Shown: positions 51,994 to 61,477 of the stretch, one piece after another
Layout: each line of letters opens with the position of its first letter
Position numbering within the stretch: position 1 is the first letter of the stretch
Origin: an uncultured Acidimicrobiia bacterium
GTDB taxonomy: Bacteria > Actinomycetota > Acidimicrobiia > Spongiisociales > ZC4RG35
Assembly: GCA_964195235.1 (NCBI GenBank)
Contig: CAXMOW010000005.1
Span: forward strand, 2,642-66,641
Direction of reading: 5' to 3'
Length of the DNA stretch: 64,000 nt
Notes under the pieces: generated by a model
The model's input: the letters and a program-made list of their open reading frames with translations, nothing else
The model's database searches: none
What the model was told of the DNA's origin: nothing
Program-made: the position numbers and the translations under genes

Positions 51994-53076
51994 TTGAATC
52001 AGGCTTCCTTGGGTCTCATCGGCCAGCCTGCTCTCGACGCGATGCATGAGTTTCTCGAGGTGATCGGTCGCCACGGCAACCTCTATATGTCTGATGACGA
52101 TGAGGTGGGTTTTCTCGAAGCGCTGATCGATCGGGCCAGCCGGCTATTCGGAGGTGATGCGAGGCGTCTTGCAATCCTCTCCAGCGCCAGTGAATTACTA
52201 GGCCAGGCGCCTTTTGTGTTGCCGCCTCCTAGTCAGGTCAGCGTGATGGTGGTTTCCTCTGACTTCCCGGCGATAACCCGTCCTTGGCTTCGTCTAGTCG
52301 AACAAGGAAAATGTCATCTCGACTTTGTCGATGAGAGCCCCGAATCCGACCTCACATCCGATCTCATAGCTCACATCGACGAACGAACATTCCTAATTGC
52401 GGTGAGCCATGTCCAGTATGCGACCGGCACGGTCATCGATGTTCCTCGCTTGCAAGCTGCCACCGCGGCCGCCGGAGTAAGACTCGTCATCGATGCGACT
52501 CAAAGCGCAGGTGCAATCAAAACCAAAATCGGGTTCTGGGACGTCGACATCGTTGTTTCCAGTGGATACAAATGGCTGGGCGGTCACGGTGGAGTTGCGG
52601 TGGGCGCGCTTTCCCCTGACCTACTCCAAGAAACGCCTCCGATGCCGGGATGGATGGGCTCCCCCACTCCGTTCGACTTCGATGCGACACGGCTACGACT
52701 CGCCGAAGGTGGGCGTCGGTACACCCAAGCGACGATGTCCTACATTTCAGTGGTCGGGCTCACCGCGGCCATTGACCAGCTATTGACCGTCGGGGTCGAG
52801 AAGATCGAGCACCACGCAGAACGACTTGCCCACAAGTTGGTTGACGGCGTCGCAGCATACGGCTGGCAGCCGTTTCGCCACCTAGACGACCCGGCCGCCT
52901 CGCCCCACATCGTCTCTCTCGGGCACCAAGACCACAAGCTGGGAAAAGTTTCAAATCGACTTCGTGACGTCGGTGTCGTCTGTAGCAACCGAGGTGGTCG
53001 CCTACGTGTGTCTCTGGCGCCCTACAACGACGAAAACGACATCACAGCCTTGGTTGGCGCCCTCGCCCAGGTCTGA
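51994..53076 (+). CDS. Class V aminotransferase / cysteine-desulfurase-like PLP enzyme
   Basis: 360 aa. Fold-type I class V pattern (SHVQYATGTV, DATQSAG, SGYKWLGG with the PLP Lys). The conserved N-terminal ..ATYLNQASLG motif begins upstream of the called TTG start (see findings). Confidence 0.78.
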   Translation: MNQASLGLIGQPALDAMHEFLEVIGRHGNLYMSDDDEVGFLEALIDRASRLFGGDARRLAILSSASELLGQAPFVLPPPSQVSVMVVSSDFPAITRPWLRLVEQGKCHLDFVDESPESDLTSDLIAHIDERTFLIAVSHVQYATGTVIDVPRLQAATAAAGVRLVIDATQSAGAIKTKIGFWDVDIVVSSGYKWLGGHGGVAVGALSPDLLQETPPMPGWMGSPTPFDFDATRLRLAEGGRRYTQATMSYISVVGLTAAIDQLLTVGVEKIEHHAERLAHKLVDGVAAYGWQPFRHLDDPAASPHIVSLGHQDHKLGKVSNRLRDVGVVCSNRGGRLRVSLAPYNDENDITALVGALAQV

Positions 53077-53102
53077 TGGCATGAGATCAATCTGGTCTTT
53101 GG

Positions 53103-53489
53103 CTACCCAGGGATGACCGACTCGATTGCCGCCACCAGCTTCTTGACCGACAACATGCCGTAGTCGAAGACGAAGCGCTCACCGTTGTTCATCATGACAA
53201 CTGCACATTTGGTCATCCCCGATTTCACGGCCTCCACACCATCGATCTCCGCTGTTGGAAGGTCAATGGTCGCAGTCTCGTCGTTCGAGTAGCGATACAC
53301 CGTGTGGCCTCCGGCTGCAGCAAAGGTGGCGACGTCAAGGAAGATCGCTTTGACGATTGTCGTGTTGCTCGACTCGTAGAGAGTGTCGAATCGCAAACTC
53401 GCTTCACCTACTTCAAGCGTCCCTGTGTACCGACCGCCCTCTTCGGGCACGTAGTTGATAGTCCACGACCCGTTGCTTTTGCTCAACAC
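53103..53489 (-). CDS. Hypothetical protein (128 aa), possibly a PH/GRAM-like beta-sandwich
   Basis: An ORF with coding-like composition. No family recognised. Confidence 0.45.
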   Translation of the reverse strand: MLSKSNGSWTINYVPEEGGRYTGTLEVGEASLRFDTLYESSNTTIVKAIFLDVATFAAAGGHTVYRYSNDETATIDLPTAEIDGVEAVKSGMTKCAVVMMNNGERFVFDYGMLSVKKLVAAIESVIPG

Positions 53490-53707
53490 AAACTCCGTCC
53501 GATTGGCCGACCAACCTAATCAGGCAACAGGACTTCAAGCGAGTGCGCTGCGGTAGGTTTCCTCAGCAGTTTTGGCATCCAGCTTCTCAAGTGGCGAGGT
53601 GAGTTTCCCTTGGAGCGCGCTCGTTGGAGTGCCGTTACATCTGGTTGACATAGCAAGTGGTACCTGTTGGATCACACGTCAAAGAGAAGCAATGAAGTTA
53701 ACCGTGT

Positions 53708-54091
53708 TTGGGCACAGTCGAGTCAGCTCCAACAATCCTTGTAACAGGTGCTTCGTTCGGCGGGGTACTCGCTGATGGCAGCGGACGAACCTTCTATGTA
53801 TTCGAACGCGATCCATCAGGCGTCAGTTCCTGCAACGACGAATGCGCAGCGAACTGGCCCCCGGTGGTAGTCGGCTTGGTCGCTGGAACCAACATTGACG
53901 TGACCATCAGCTCAATTGCACGGAATGACGGCGTCAGCCAGCTGACTGTCAATGATCGCCCGGTCTATCTATTTTCCGGGGATAGCCAACCTGGCGACTT
54001 CAATGGGCAGGGGCTCAGCGACATGTGGTTCGTACTGGGAATCGATGGTGAGCCAATCACCAAGACCACAGACGGAGGTTACGGCAACTAG
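53708..54091 (+). CDS. COG4315-like protein (lipoprotein family with Yx(FWY)xxD repeats) lacking a signal peptide
   Basis: 127 aa. It has two repeats (GRTFYVFERDPSGVSSCNDECAANWPPV and DRPVYLFSGDSQPGDFNGQG). TTG start with an in-frame TAA 6 nt upstream of it. Confidence 0.5.
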   Translation: MGTVESAPTILVTGASFGGVLADGSGRTFYVFERDPSGVSSCNDECAANWPPVVVGLVAGTNIDVTISSIARNDGVSQLTVNDRPVYLFSGDSQPGDFNGQGLSDMWFVLGIDGEPITKTTDGGYGN

Positions 54092-54279
54092 CGCGCGGGA
54101 TATGTTTCTAAAGCCAAAGCATGCGATCGACGACACAAGACGTGAGGAGCAACCTCCGTCCCCTCGGTTCCTGAACACTTCAGGTGCTGATCGGAGGGCG
54201 CTCCTCAACTCCGACGGAGTGCACGCTTTGCGAGTGCCACGGGTATGTTCTCGGAGCCAATCAACGAGGAGCACACCCG

Positions 54280-54645
54280 ATGGCAACTGTCAGATACATC
54301 GTGGACGACGTTGCAGAATCGGTCGACTTCTACGTCTCCAAACTTGGTTTCGAAGTGGAATTTCAGGTCCGCGCTTTTGCAACCCTGCAGCGCGACGACT
54401 TGACGTTGTGGCTGGCGGGTCCTGGAGCGTCAGCGACCCGGCCGATGCTCGATGAATCCGTGCCAACTCCCGGAGGCGGCTGGGCGAGGTTTGTTCTGAC
54501 CTTTCAGGATTTGGAAAGTGTCGTGTCAAAACTCGAAGGCGATGGCGTGGTTTTCAGAAGCGACATCGTCGAGAACCAGGGACGGAAACAGATTCTCTGC
54601 GAGGACCCTTCCGGCAACGTGATCGAACTCCACCAGCCGGCGTAG
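54280..54645 (+). CDS. VOC (glyoxalase/bleomycin-resistance/dioxygenase) family protein
   Basis: 121 aa from the ATG at 54280 (GAGGAG RBS at 54265-54270). MATVRYIVDDVAESVDFYVSKLGFEV... ends ..DPSGNVIELHQP. Confidence 0.8.
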   Translation: MATVRYIVDDVAESVDFYVSKLGFEVEFQVRAFATLQRDDLTLWLAGPGASATRPMLDESVPTPGGGWARFVLTFQDLESVVSKLEGDGVVFRSDIVENQGRKQILCEDPSGNVIELHQPA

Positions 54646-54697
54646 CATCTCCCTGCGGCTCAGACCCGTTATTGGGTGGTGCCTGTAGCCTTGAATC

Positions 54698-55159
54698 GTG
54701 CGGTTCTTCACTGTTTTTGCTCTGGTGGCGGTTGCCGAGATGGCGACCTTCTTTTGGGTTGAATCAAAGATCGGACTGGCTTGGGCGTTGGGACTGGCTC
54801 TCACTACTGCCCTGGTCGGATCGTTTTTGGTGCGACGCGCCGGGCTTGCGGTTCTGGGTCGACTCCAGAGCAAAGTGAGCCAGGGACAGCTCCCTGGACG
54901 CGAACTCAGCGATGGTGCTGCGATCCTCGTCTCTGGGGCCTTCTTGATCTCACCGGGGTTCATCACCGACATCCTCGGGTTTCTTCTACTGATCCCGCCG
55001 GTGCGTGATGTCGCTTATCGCATCGTGTCGAAGCGTATTTCCGCTCGGATCACCGTATTCACCACCAATTCTCGAATGCAGCACGGGCAGTGGTCTGGCA
55101 GTTCAGAGTCGGTGGAGGGTGGTCAACCTGATGTCATCGACATCGAAAGTTTGGATTAG
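54698..55159 (+). CDS. fxsA: FxsA family cytoplasmic membrane protein
   Basis: 153 aa. FALVAVAEMATFFWVESKIG, LISPGFITDILGFLLLIPPVR. Confidence 0.8.
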   Translation: MRFFTVFALVAVAEMATFFWVESKIGLAWALGLALTTALVGSFLVRRAGLAVLGRLQSKVSQGQLPGRELSDGAAILVSGAFLISPGFITDILGFLLLIPPVRDVAYRIVSKRISARITVFTTNSRMQHGQWSGSSESVEGGQPDVIDIESLD

Positions 55160-55197
55160 AAACCGGCTTCTTCCTCGATAGGGGTATCCGTGACTTC

Positions 55198-55220
55198 TTG
55201 TCTCGCGGTCCGGATACGCT
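55198..55220 (+). promoter_or_regulatory. Candidate TTGTC-N12-TACGCT promoter giving a leaderless lhr transcript
   Basis: TTGTCtcgcggtccggaTACGCT has the same spacing as the recA element. The TAnnnT element ends 6 nt before the lhr ATG (55227). Only the TTGTC core of the upstream half matches the RecA-NDp consensus. Confidence 0.3.
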
Positions 55221-55226
55221 CGCGGG

Positions 55227-58200
55227 ATGGTCGCTCTGGACTCGTTCACCCCGGCAACTCGGACTTGGTTCGAAGCTTCATTCAGCGCGCCCACGCAAGC
55301 TCAAGAGTTGGGATGGCCTGCGATCGCGGATGGCGATCACACCCTGATCCATGCCCCAACCGGATCAGGCAAGACCCTCGCCGCTTTCCTTTGGACCCTC
55401 GACCGTCTCCTCACCGAACCTATCCCAGAAAAGCTGGAGCGATGCCGGGTTCTCTACATCTCTCCCATGAAAGCTCTGGCCCACGATGTCGACCGCAACC
55501 TGAGAGCACCCCTGGCCGGCATTCGACATGCCGCCGAGCGCCTAGGGGGAGAGCCACTACCCGAGATTCACACATTCCTTCGCACTGGCGACACCCCACA
55601 GGAGGAGCGTCGCCGGATGGAACGAAACCCACCCGACATCCTCATCACGACCCCGGAGTCGCTCTATCTGATGTTGACCTCCGCAGTTCGTTCGGTTCTC
55701 AGCACGGTTCGGTGGGTCATAGTCGACGAGATCCATGCGGTGGCAGCCACCAAGCGAGGCACCCACCTTTCACTTTCCCTGGAACGTCTGGAGGAGATCA
55801 CCGACCAGCCTCCACAACGGATCGGCCTTTCGGCAACCCAGCGCCCATTGGAGACCATCGCCGAGTTCCTTGGAGGTGGAACCGTCGACGATGAGAGTTG
55901 GACCCCGAGACCAGTCACCGTCATCGATGTTCCTCACGACCGAGAACTGGATCTCGAGATCGTGGTCCCTGTTGAGGACATGAACGAGCCCGGGCAGCCA
56001 GACCCGCTCGACCCTGGCAGCACAACAACAAGATCGATTTGGCCTGCGATGTATCCACAGCTGCTCGACCACATCCGGAGCCACAACAGCACAATCGTCT
56101 TCGCCAACTCCAGACGTCTTGCCGAGAGGATCTGTGCCGAGCTGAACAATCTCGCCGGTGAGGAACTTGCTCGTGCCCACCACGGGTCGGTGGCACGCGA
56201 AAAGCGTCTTGAGATCGAAGAGGCCCTCAAGCGAGGTGACCTCAAGGCTGTGGTGGCGACGTCGTCACTCGAACTCGGCATCGATATGGGTGCGGTTGAT
56301 CTCGTACTCCAGATAGAGGCCCCGACATCGGTGGCATCCGGCTTGCAAAGAGTTGGCCGTTCCGGTCACCAAGTGGGCGGAGTTTCCCGAGCGAAAGTGT
56401 TTCCAAAATACCGAGGTGACCTCCTCGTGGCAGCCGTGGTGGCCGACGAGATGGCCAACCGCCACGTCGAACAAACACGAATTCCAGCCAATCCGATTGA
56501 TGTCTTGTCCCAACAATTGGTAGCCCAGGTTGTCTCCGCTGACATGTCGGCCGACGATCTCTACGTGATGACACGTCGTGCCGCACCGTTCTCGGGATTG
56601 AGTCGTCAGGTTTTTGACGAGACGCTCGACATGCTTTCTGGTCGCTATCCGTCTGACCTTTTTGCCGAGCTACGCCCCAGGATCACCTGGGATCGGGCCA
56701 CCGGTGAGATCACGGCTCGACCAGGCTCGCGCCAACTGGCGGTTACCAATCCGGGCACCATCCCCGACCGCGGGCTCTACCGAGTGACACTTCCCGACGG
56801 AAGCCGAGTCGGAGAACTCGACGAGGAGATGGTCTACGAATCACGTGAAGGGGACGTCTTCCTTCTCGGCTCTAGCGCATGGCGAATTACCCAGATCACC
56901 CACGACAAAGTCGAAGTAGTTCCGGCACCGGGAGCACCGGGGGCAAAGATGCCCTTCTGGCATGGCGACATGGCCGGTCGGCCGCTCGAAACTGGCCAAG
57001 CCGTCGGCAAGTTCATTCGGGAGACCGCAGCCATCGAACCAGACCTCGCCCAAGAGATCCTCCGAGGCAGATACAAACTCGATGAGTTCGCAGCCCGCAA
57101 CCTCGTCTCCTATCTGGAAGAAGAGCGGGAGGCGACGGGTCTTCTGCCCACCGATCAGACACTGGTCGTTGAGCGATTTCGCGATGAAATCGGCGATTGG
57201 AGAGTCGTCCTCCTATCGCCGTTGGGAGCACGGATTCATGCGCCCTGGGCAATGGCGCTCCGGCATCGATTCCGATCCCGCTACGGGATCGATGCCGATG
57301 TCATCTGGGCCGACGCTGGAATCGCATTTCGCTTCCCCGACTCGGACGAGCCGCCAGAAGCCGCCGACCTGATCCTCGACCCCGAAGAGGTCGAAGGCCT
57401 GCTGATCGATCATCTTTCCGATACAGCTCTGTTTGCTGCCCGGTTCCGGGAGGCCGCCGGCCGAGCACTACTCCTCCCCCGCCGACGACCTGGCGAACGG
57501 ACGCCCCTGTGGTTGCAGCGACGACGGTCGGCTGACCTTCTCGGTGTGGCCAAGCAGTTTGGATCCTTCCCCATTCTGCTCGAGGTCTACCGCGAGATCC
57601 TCCAGGACGATTTCGACCTCCCGGCTCTCCAGCAGGTTCTCGGTGAAATCCGGTCACGCAAAATTCGAGTCGCCTCGATCGACACCCAGAGCCCGAGTCC
57701 CTTTGCTTCATCGCTCCTTTTCTCCTTCGTGGCCGCCTATCTGTACGAAGCTGACGCACCGCTGGCCGAACGTCGAGCCACAGCCCTCACCCTCGACCGT
57801 GAATTGCTCCGCGAACTCCTTGGTGAGGGAGAGCTGCGGGAGTTGATCGACCCCGAGGTGGTGGCAGCAGTCGAACTCGAGCTTCAGCACCTCACTGACA
57901 GCCGTCGTGCTACGTCGATCGACCGCGTCCACGATCTGCTCCGAGATCTGGGGCCGCTCACCACCGAAGATGTCGAAGTTCGATCCGAAGGGCTCGACGT
58001 TGTCCACGTACTCGGTGCTCTAGGGGAGCAGCGGCGCGTCATCCCGGTAGTCATGTCAGGCGATGAGCGCTGGGCGGCCATCGAGGATGCAGCTCGGTTG
58101 CGAGATGGTCTTGGTGTGCAACCACCGCCCGGTGTTCCCCACGCGTTTCTCGAACCGGTCGACGACCCCTTGGGAGATGTCGTTGGGCGATACGCAAGAA

Positions 58201-59600
58201 CCCACGGGCCATTTGCAGCAGACGAAGCCGCCCGAGCATTAGGACTCCCGACGGGTGTCGTGGAGACAGCGCTGGCACGGCTCCAGGCATCCGGCCGAGT
58301 GATCGAGGGCGCCTACCGCCCGGCTGGAGAAGGTCGAGAATGGATCGACGACACTGTTCTGCGCCGTCTCAAACGTCGGTCACTCGCCGTGCTCCGAAGC
58401 GAGATCGAGCCTGTAGAACCTGAGGCCCTTGCCAGATTTGAGTTGCAATGGCAGGGAGTGTCTGTCGACCCGCCCCGGGGAAGAAATGCTCTCGCCGACA
58501 CCATTCGACGTCTCACTGGTGTCGCCATCCCGGCCTCCACCCTGGAAAGAGATGTGCTGGCGGCGCGAGTTGCCGACGCCGGCTCGGCCATTGACAACCT
58601 GTTCCTTGCTGGCGATCTGGTCTGGATTGGTGTTGGAGGCTTGGGCAGTCGCGATGGTCGCGTGGCTCTTTACCCTCGGGACGCCTTGCAGACGTTCTGG
58701 GCCGGTCCCGATCCCGACACAGAGATTGAAGGACGAGCCAAAGAGATCCTCGAATATCTCGAAAGTCGGGGCGCCAGCTTCTTCCGCGACCTCTACGAAG
58801 GTGTAGGTGGCGGCGACCCCGACGAGACCCTCGAAAGCCTCTGGGACCTGGTCTGGGCCGGATATGTCAGCAATGACACCTTTGAGCCAGTGCGGGCATA
58901 CATATCTAGGCGCAAGAGCAAGGGATCAGGTCGGCCATCTGTCTCCAGTCGTTTTCCCGCTCATGCGGCCGGCCGTTGGTCACTCACCACCGCCTTAGTC
59001 GACGGAACGACAGCCGACACCGAACGTCACGCCGCGTGGGCTGAACTGTTGCTCGACAGACACGGAGTGGTGACCCGGCCCACTGTTCTCGCCGAGAAGT
59101 ACCCGGGCGGCTTCAGCACGCTCTACCCGGTTCTGAGCCGACTCGAAGAGATCGGACGAATCCGACGTGGCTATTTTGTCGAAGGGCTTGGCGGCTCACA
59201 ATTCGCCCTCCCGGGGGCGGTCGACCGGCTGCGAAGTGAGTCAACAGCGGAACTGGTGGTTGTCGCTGCGACCGATCCAGCCAATCCCTACGGATCTGTG
59301 ATTCCGTGGCCGGAGGTTGAAGACGTTCGCCTCGCCAGGGACGCCGGCGCCTATGTATTGCTTCAAGGAGGGAAGATGATCGGTTATCTCGACAAGGGAC
59401 GCCGCGGGCTCACCCTGCTCGACTCCTCACCCGAGTTTCTTGGGATGATCTCGCGAGGCCTCGCCGAAGTGGCAGGGCGTTACCGACGACTCACTTTGGT
59501 GACGGTCAATGGTGAGCCGGCGTCGTCATCCACTCTGGCTGCGCCATTGTCGGAATGGGGGTTTGCAACTGCGCCTCGTGGCCTCACTTATCGCGCCTAG
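55227..59600 (+). CDS. lhr: Lhr-family ATP-dependent DNA/RNA helicase (large helicase-related)
   Basis: 1457 aa. Motif I APTGSGKTLAAF, motif II DEIH, SAT, a DEAD-associated (Lhr WH/beta-barrel) region and a long C-terminal domain. Confidence 0.93.
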   Translation: MVALDSFTPATRTWFEASFSAPTQAQELGWPAIADGDHTLIHAPTGSGKTLAAFLWTLDRLLTEPIPEKLERCRVLYISPMKALAHDVDRNLRAPLAGIRHAAERLGGEPLPEIHTFLRTGDTPQEERRRMERNPPDILITTPESLYLMLTSAVRSVLSTVRWVIVDEIHAVAATKRGTHLSLSLERLEEITDQPPQRIGLSATQRPLETIAEFLGGGTVDDESWTPRPVTVIDVPHDRELDLEIVVPVEDMNEPGQPDPLDPGSTTTRSIWPAMYPQLLDHIRSHNSTIVFANSRRLAERICAELNNLAGEELARAHHGSVAREKRLEIEEALKRGDLKAVVATSSLELGIDMGAVDLVLQIEAPTSVASGLQRVGRSGHQVGGVSRAKVFPKYRGDLLVAAVVADEMANRHVEQTRIPANPIDVLSQQLVAQVVSADMSADDLYVMTRRAAPFSGLSRQVFDETLDMLSGRYPSDLFAELRPRITWDRATGEITARPGSRQLAVTNPGTIPDRGLYRVTLPDGSRVGELDEEMVYESREGDVFLLGSSAWRITQITHDKVEVVPAPGAPGAKMPFWHGDMAGRPLETGQAVGKFIRETAAIEPDLAQEILRGRYKLDEFAARNLVSYLEEEREATGLLPTDQTLVVERFRDEIGDWRVVLLSPLGARIHAPWAMALRHRFRSRYGIDADVIWADAGIAFRFPDSDEPPEAADLILDPEEVEGLLIDHLSDTALFAARFREAAGRALLLPRRRPGERTPLWLQRRRSADLLGVAKQFGSFPILLEVYREILQDDFDLPALQQVLGEIRSRKIRVASIDTQSPSPFASSLLFSFVAAYLYEADAPLAERRATALTLDRELLRELLGEGELRELIDPEVVAAVELELQHLTDSRRATSIDRVHDLLRDLGPLTTEDVEVRSEGLDVVHVLGALGEQRRVIPVVMSGDERWAAIEDAARLRDGLGVQPPPGVPHAFLEPVDDPLGDVVGRYARTHGPFAADEAARALGLPTGVVETALARLQASGRVIEGAYRPAGEGREWIDDTVLRRLKRRSLAVLRSEIEPVEPEALARFELQWQGVSVDPPRGRNALADTIRRLTGVAIPASTLERDVLAARVADAGSAIDNLFLAGDLVWIGVGGLGSRDGRVALYPRDALQTFWAGPDPDTEIEGRAKEILEYLESRGASFFRDLYEGVGGGDPDETLESLWDLVWAGYVSNDTFEPVRAYISRRKSKGSGRPSVSSRFPAHAAGRWSLTTALVDGTTADTERHAAWAELLLDRHGVVTRPTVLAEKYPGGFSTLYPVLSRLEEIGRIRRGYFVEGLGGSQFALPGAVDRLRSESTAELVVVAATDPANPYGSVIPWPEVEDVRLARDAGAYVLLQGGKMIGYLDKGRRGLTLLDSSPEFLGMISRGLAEVAGRYRRLTLVTVNGEPASSSTLAAPLSEWGFATAPRGLTYRA

Positions 59601-61477
59601 TTGTAAGACGGCCCACTTGTAGTCGACTCGAGAATCTCGTAAGTCGTGTTGCGGAGGGCAGGAGTTCTGCCCGCCGCCACGATGACCGACCTGAACTCCT
59701 CCGGTGTCACTTCTTGGCCGTGTTCTGCACCCGCCGCTCGTGTGATGATTTCGCCCATCAATGTGCCGCCGAGGTCATTGCATCCGGCCTCAAGTAGACG
59801 TCTACCACCATCGAGGCCGAGCTTCACCCAGGACGCTTGGATGTTGTCGATCAGTCCGTCGAAGGCGATTCGGGAGACCGAATGGAGCAGCACGGATTCG
59901 TCCCAGGTCGGGCCGGGTCGAGCACGACCACGCAGGTAAATGGGCGACCCCATGTGGACAAACGGGAGTGGGACCATCTCAGTGAATCCGCCAGTCCGAC
60001 GTTGGATCTCGCGTACTACTTCGAGGTGGTTTGCCCAGGATCGAGGATGATCAATATGGCCAAACATGATCGTGGACGTAGCCCTCAGCCCCATCTCGTG
60101 GGCTGTGATCATCACTTCGGCCCATTGGGAGGTGCGGATCTTGTCCGGGCAAAGATGGGTACGGATGTCATCGTCGAGGATCTCGGCTGCTGTTCCGGGC
60201 AGCGTGCCAAGACCGGCGTCTTTGAGTTCTGAAAGGAACTGTTTCACGGAGACACCCAAAGTCTCAGCCCCTTGCCATACCTCGAGTGGTGTGAATCCAT
60301 GAATGTGCATGTCCGGCATCTCTTCTTTGATCGCCTTGACGACTTCGACGTAGAAATTTCCGGTGAAGTCCGGGTGGATGCCACCTTGAAGAGTGACTTC
60401 GGTGGCCCCCAAATCCCAGGCCTCACGAGCCGCGGCCACTATTTCGTCAAGACCCATGAGGTAGGGCTCGCCACGAAGATTCAGTGATTTCGGACCTTTG
60501 GAGAATGCACAGAAGCCGCACTTGAAGTAACAAAGGTTGGTGTAGTTGATGTTCCGATTCACCACATACGTGACAGTGTCGCCGACAGTCCTCTTGCGAA
60601 GCTCGTCAGCAACGAATCCGACCGCATCGATCTGATTGCCGCGAGCTTTGAACAGCGCCTCGACTTCCTCGGGGCTAGGTGCATCGCCTTCAAGCGAACG
60701 CTCCAGAATCTGGGTGAGATCACCAGCGCCGCCAATACCTTCGGGAGCCGATCCATCAACCCAGAGAGCATCGGGCCACTCCGCGGAGAGTCGATGAGTC
60801 GGTACCGGTGGTTCCATGTCTTTGCCCGGTGCCCACTCGTAACGGGGACGAACAGCTCCCGAGCCGTCCACCTGGTTGAGCCAGGTTGTGAAATCATCTT
60901 TGGATAAAACACGACGAGCGTCATCGATTTCGACACCGACCGGGAACGCCGATCGCTCTATCAGAAGATGATCGGACAAGGCCTCGCGCAGTTCACCGAT
61001 TCGTTCGATACTCCAGTCGCGCAACAAGAGATCGGTAGCCCCTTCGTCGACGGCCCGTACTGCTTGAGGAACATCGTCGACGAAAACCGACACCGCTGTG
61101 CCCAGCCCGGGAAGCATTGCGATGAGTGCTGCTTCATTCACTCCGGACCGAGGTGCCCGGAGATATGGGGCGCGAGTCCGGGCCACCGCGTCAAGAATCT
61201 CTTCTCTAGCGCCTTCGGCGAGGACGGTGAGTCGCCACGGTGAGATGCCGGTCTCGGCATGTTCCAGAGCAGTAGCCGGCGGCAAGGCCCACGCTGCAGA
61301 GTTTTCGTTCCCAACGCTGGTGCCGACCACAAGAATTGTGCCGCTAGCGGCGGCTCGTAGGTCATCGTCGGACGGCGAGTCCATCTCAACGGCGGTTGTC
61401 CCTTCCCGACGCCGGCTCACCGCTGTGAGTTCCGCGAGCATTTCGGTAGGACGGACTCGGAGGTAGGTGATTCTCAT
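59597..61477 (-). CDS. cofH: FO synthase subunit 2 (CofH, radical SAM) with a ~250-aa N-terminal extension
   Basis: 626 aa. The radical-SAM motif CYFKCGFCAFSKG sits at residues 316-323, and the CofH core starts at about residue 255. The ATG overlaps the cofG stop (ATGA). Confidence 0.85.
   Translation of the reverse strand: MRITYLRVRPTEMLAELTAVSRRREGTTAVEMDSPSDDDLRAAASGTILVVGTSVGNENSAAWALPPATALEHAETGISPWRLTVLAEGAREEILDAVARTRAPYLRAPRSGVNEAALIAMLPGLGTAVSVFVDDVPQAVRAVDEGATDLLLRDWSIERIGELREALSDHLLIERSAFPVGVEIDDARRVLSKDDFTTWLNQVDGSGAVRPRYEWAPGKDMEPPVPTHRLSAEWPDALWVDGSAPEGIGGAGDLTQILERSLEGDAPSPEEVEALFKARGNQIDAVGFVADELRKRTVGDTVTYVVNRNINYTNLCYFKCGFCAFSKGPKSLNLRGEPYLMGLDEIVAAAREAWDLGATEVTLQGGIHPDFTGNFYVEVVKAIKEEMPDMHIHGFTPLEVWQGAETLGVSVKQFLSELKDAGLGTLPGTAAEILDDDIRTHLCPDKIRTSQWAEVMITAHEMGLRATSTIMFGHIDHPRSWANHLEVVREIQRRTGGFTEMVPLPFVHMGSPIYLRGRARPGPTWDESVLLHSVSRIAFDGLIDNIQASWVKLGLDGGRRLLEAGCNDLGGTLMGEIITRAAGAEHGQEVTPEEFRSVIVAAGRTPALRNTTYEILESTTSGPSYN

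Noticed and set aside
54698-59600. fxsA (phage T7 exclusion suppressor family) next to lhr as a possible phage-related module.
   Set aside because: Both are widespread housekeeping or stress genes. They have separate promoters, and no other defence-type genes lie nearby.
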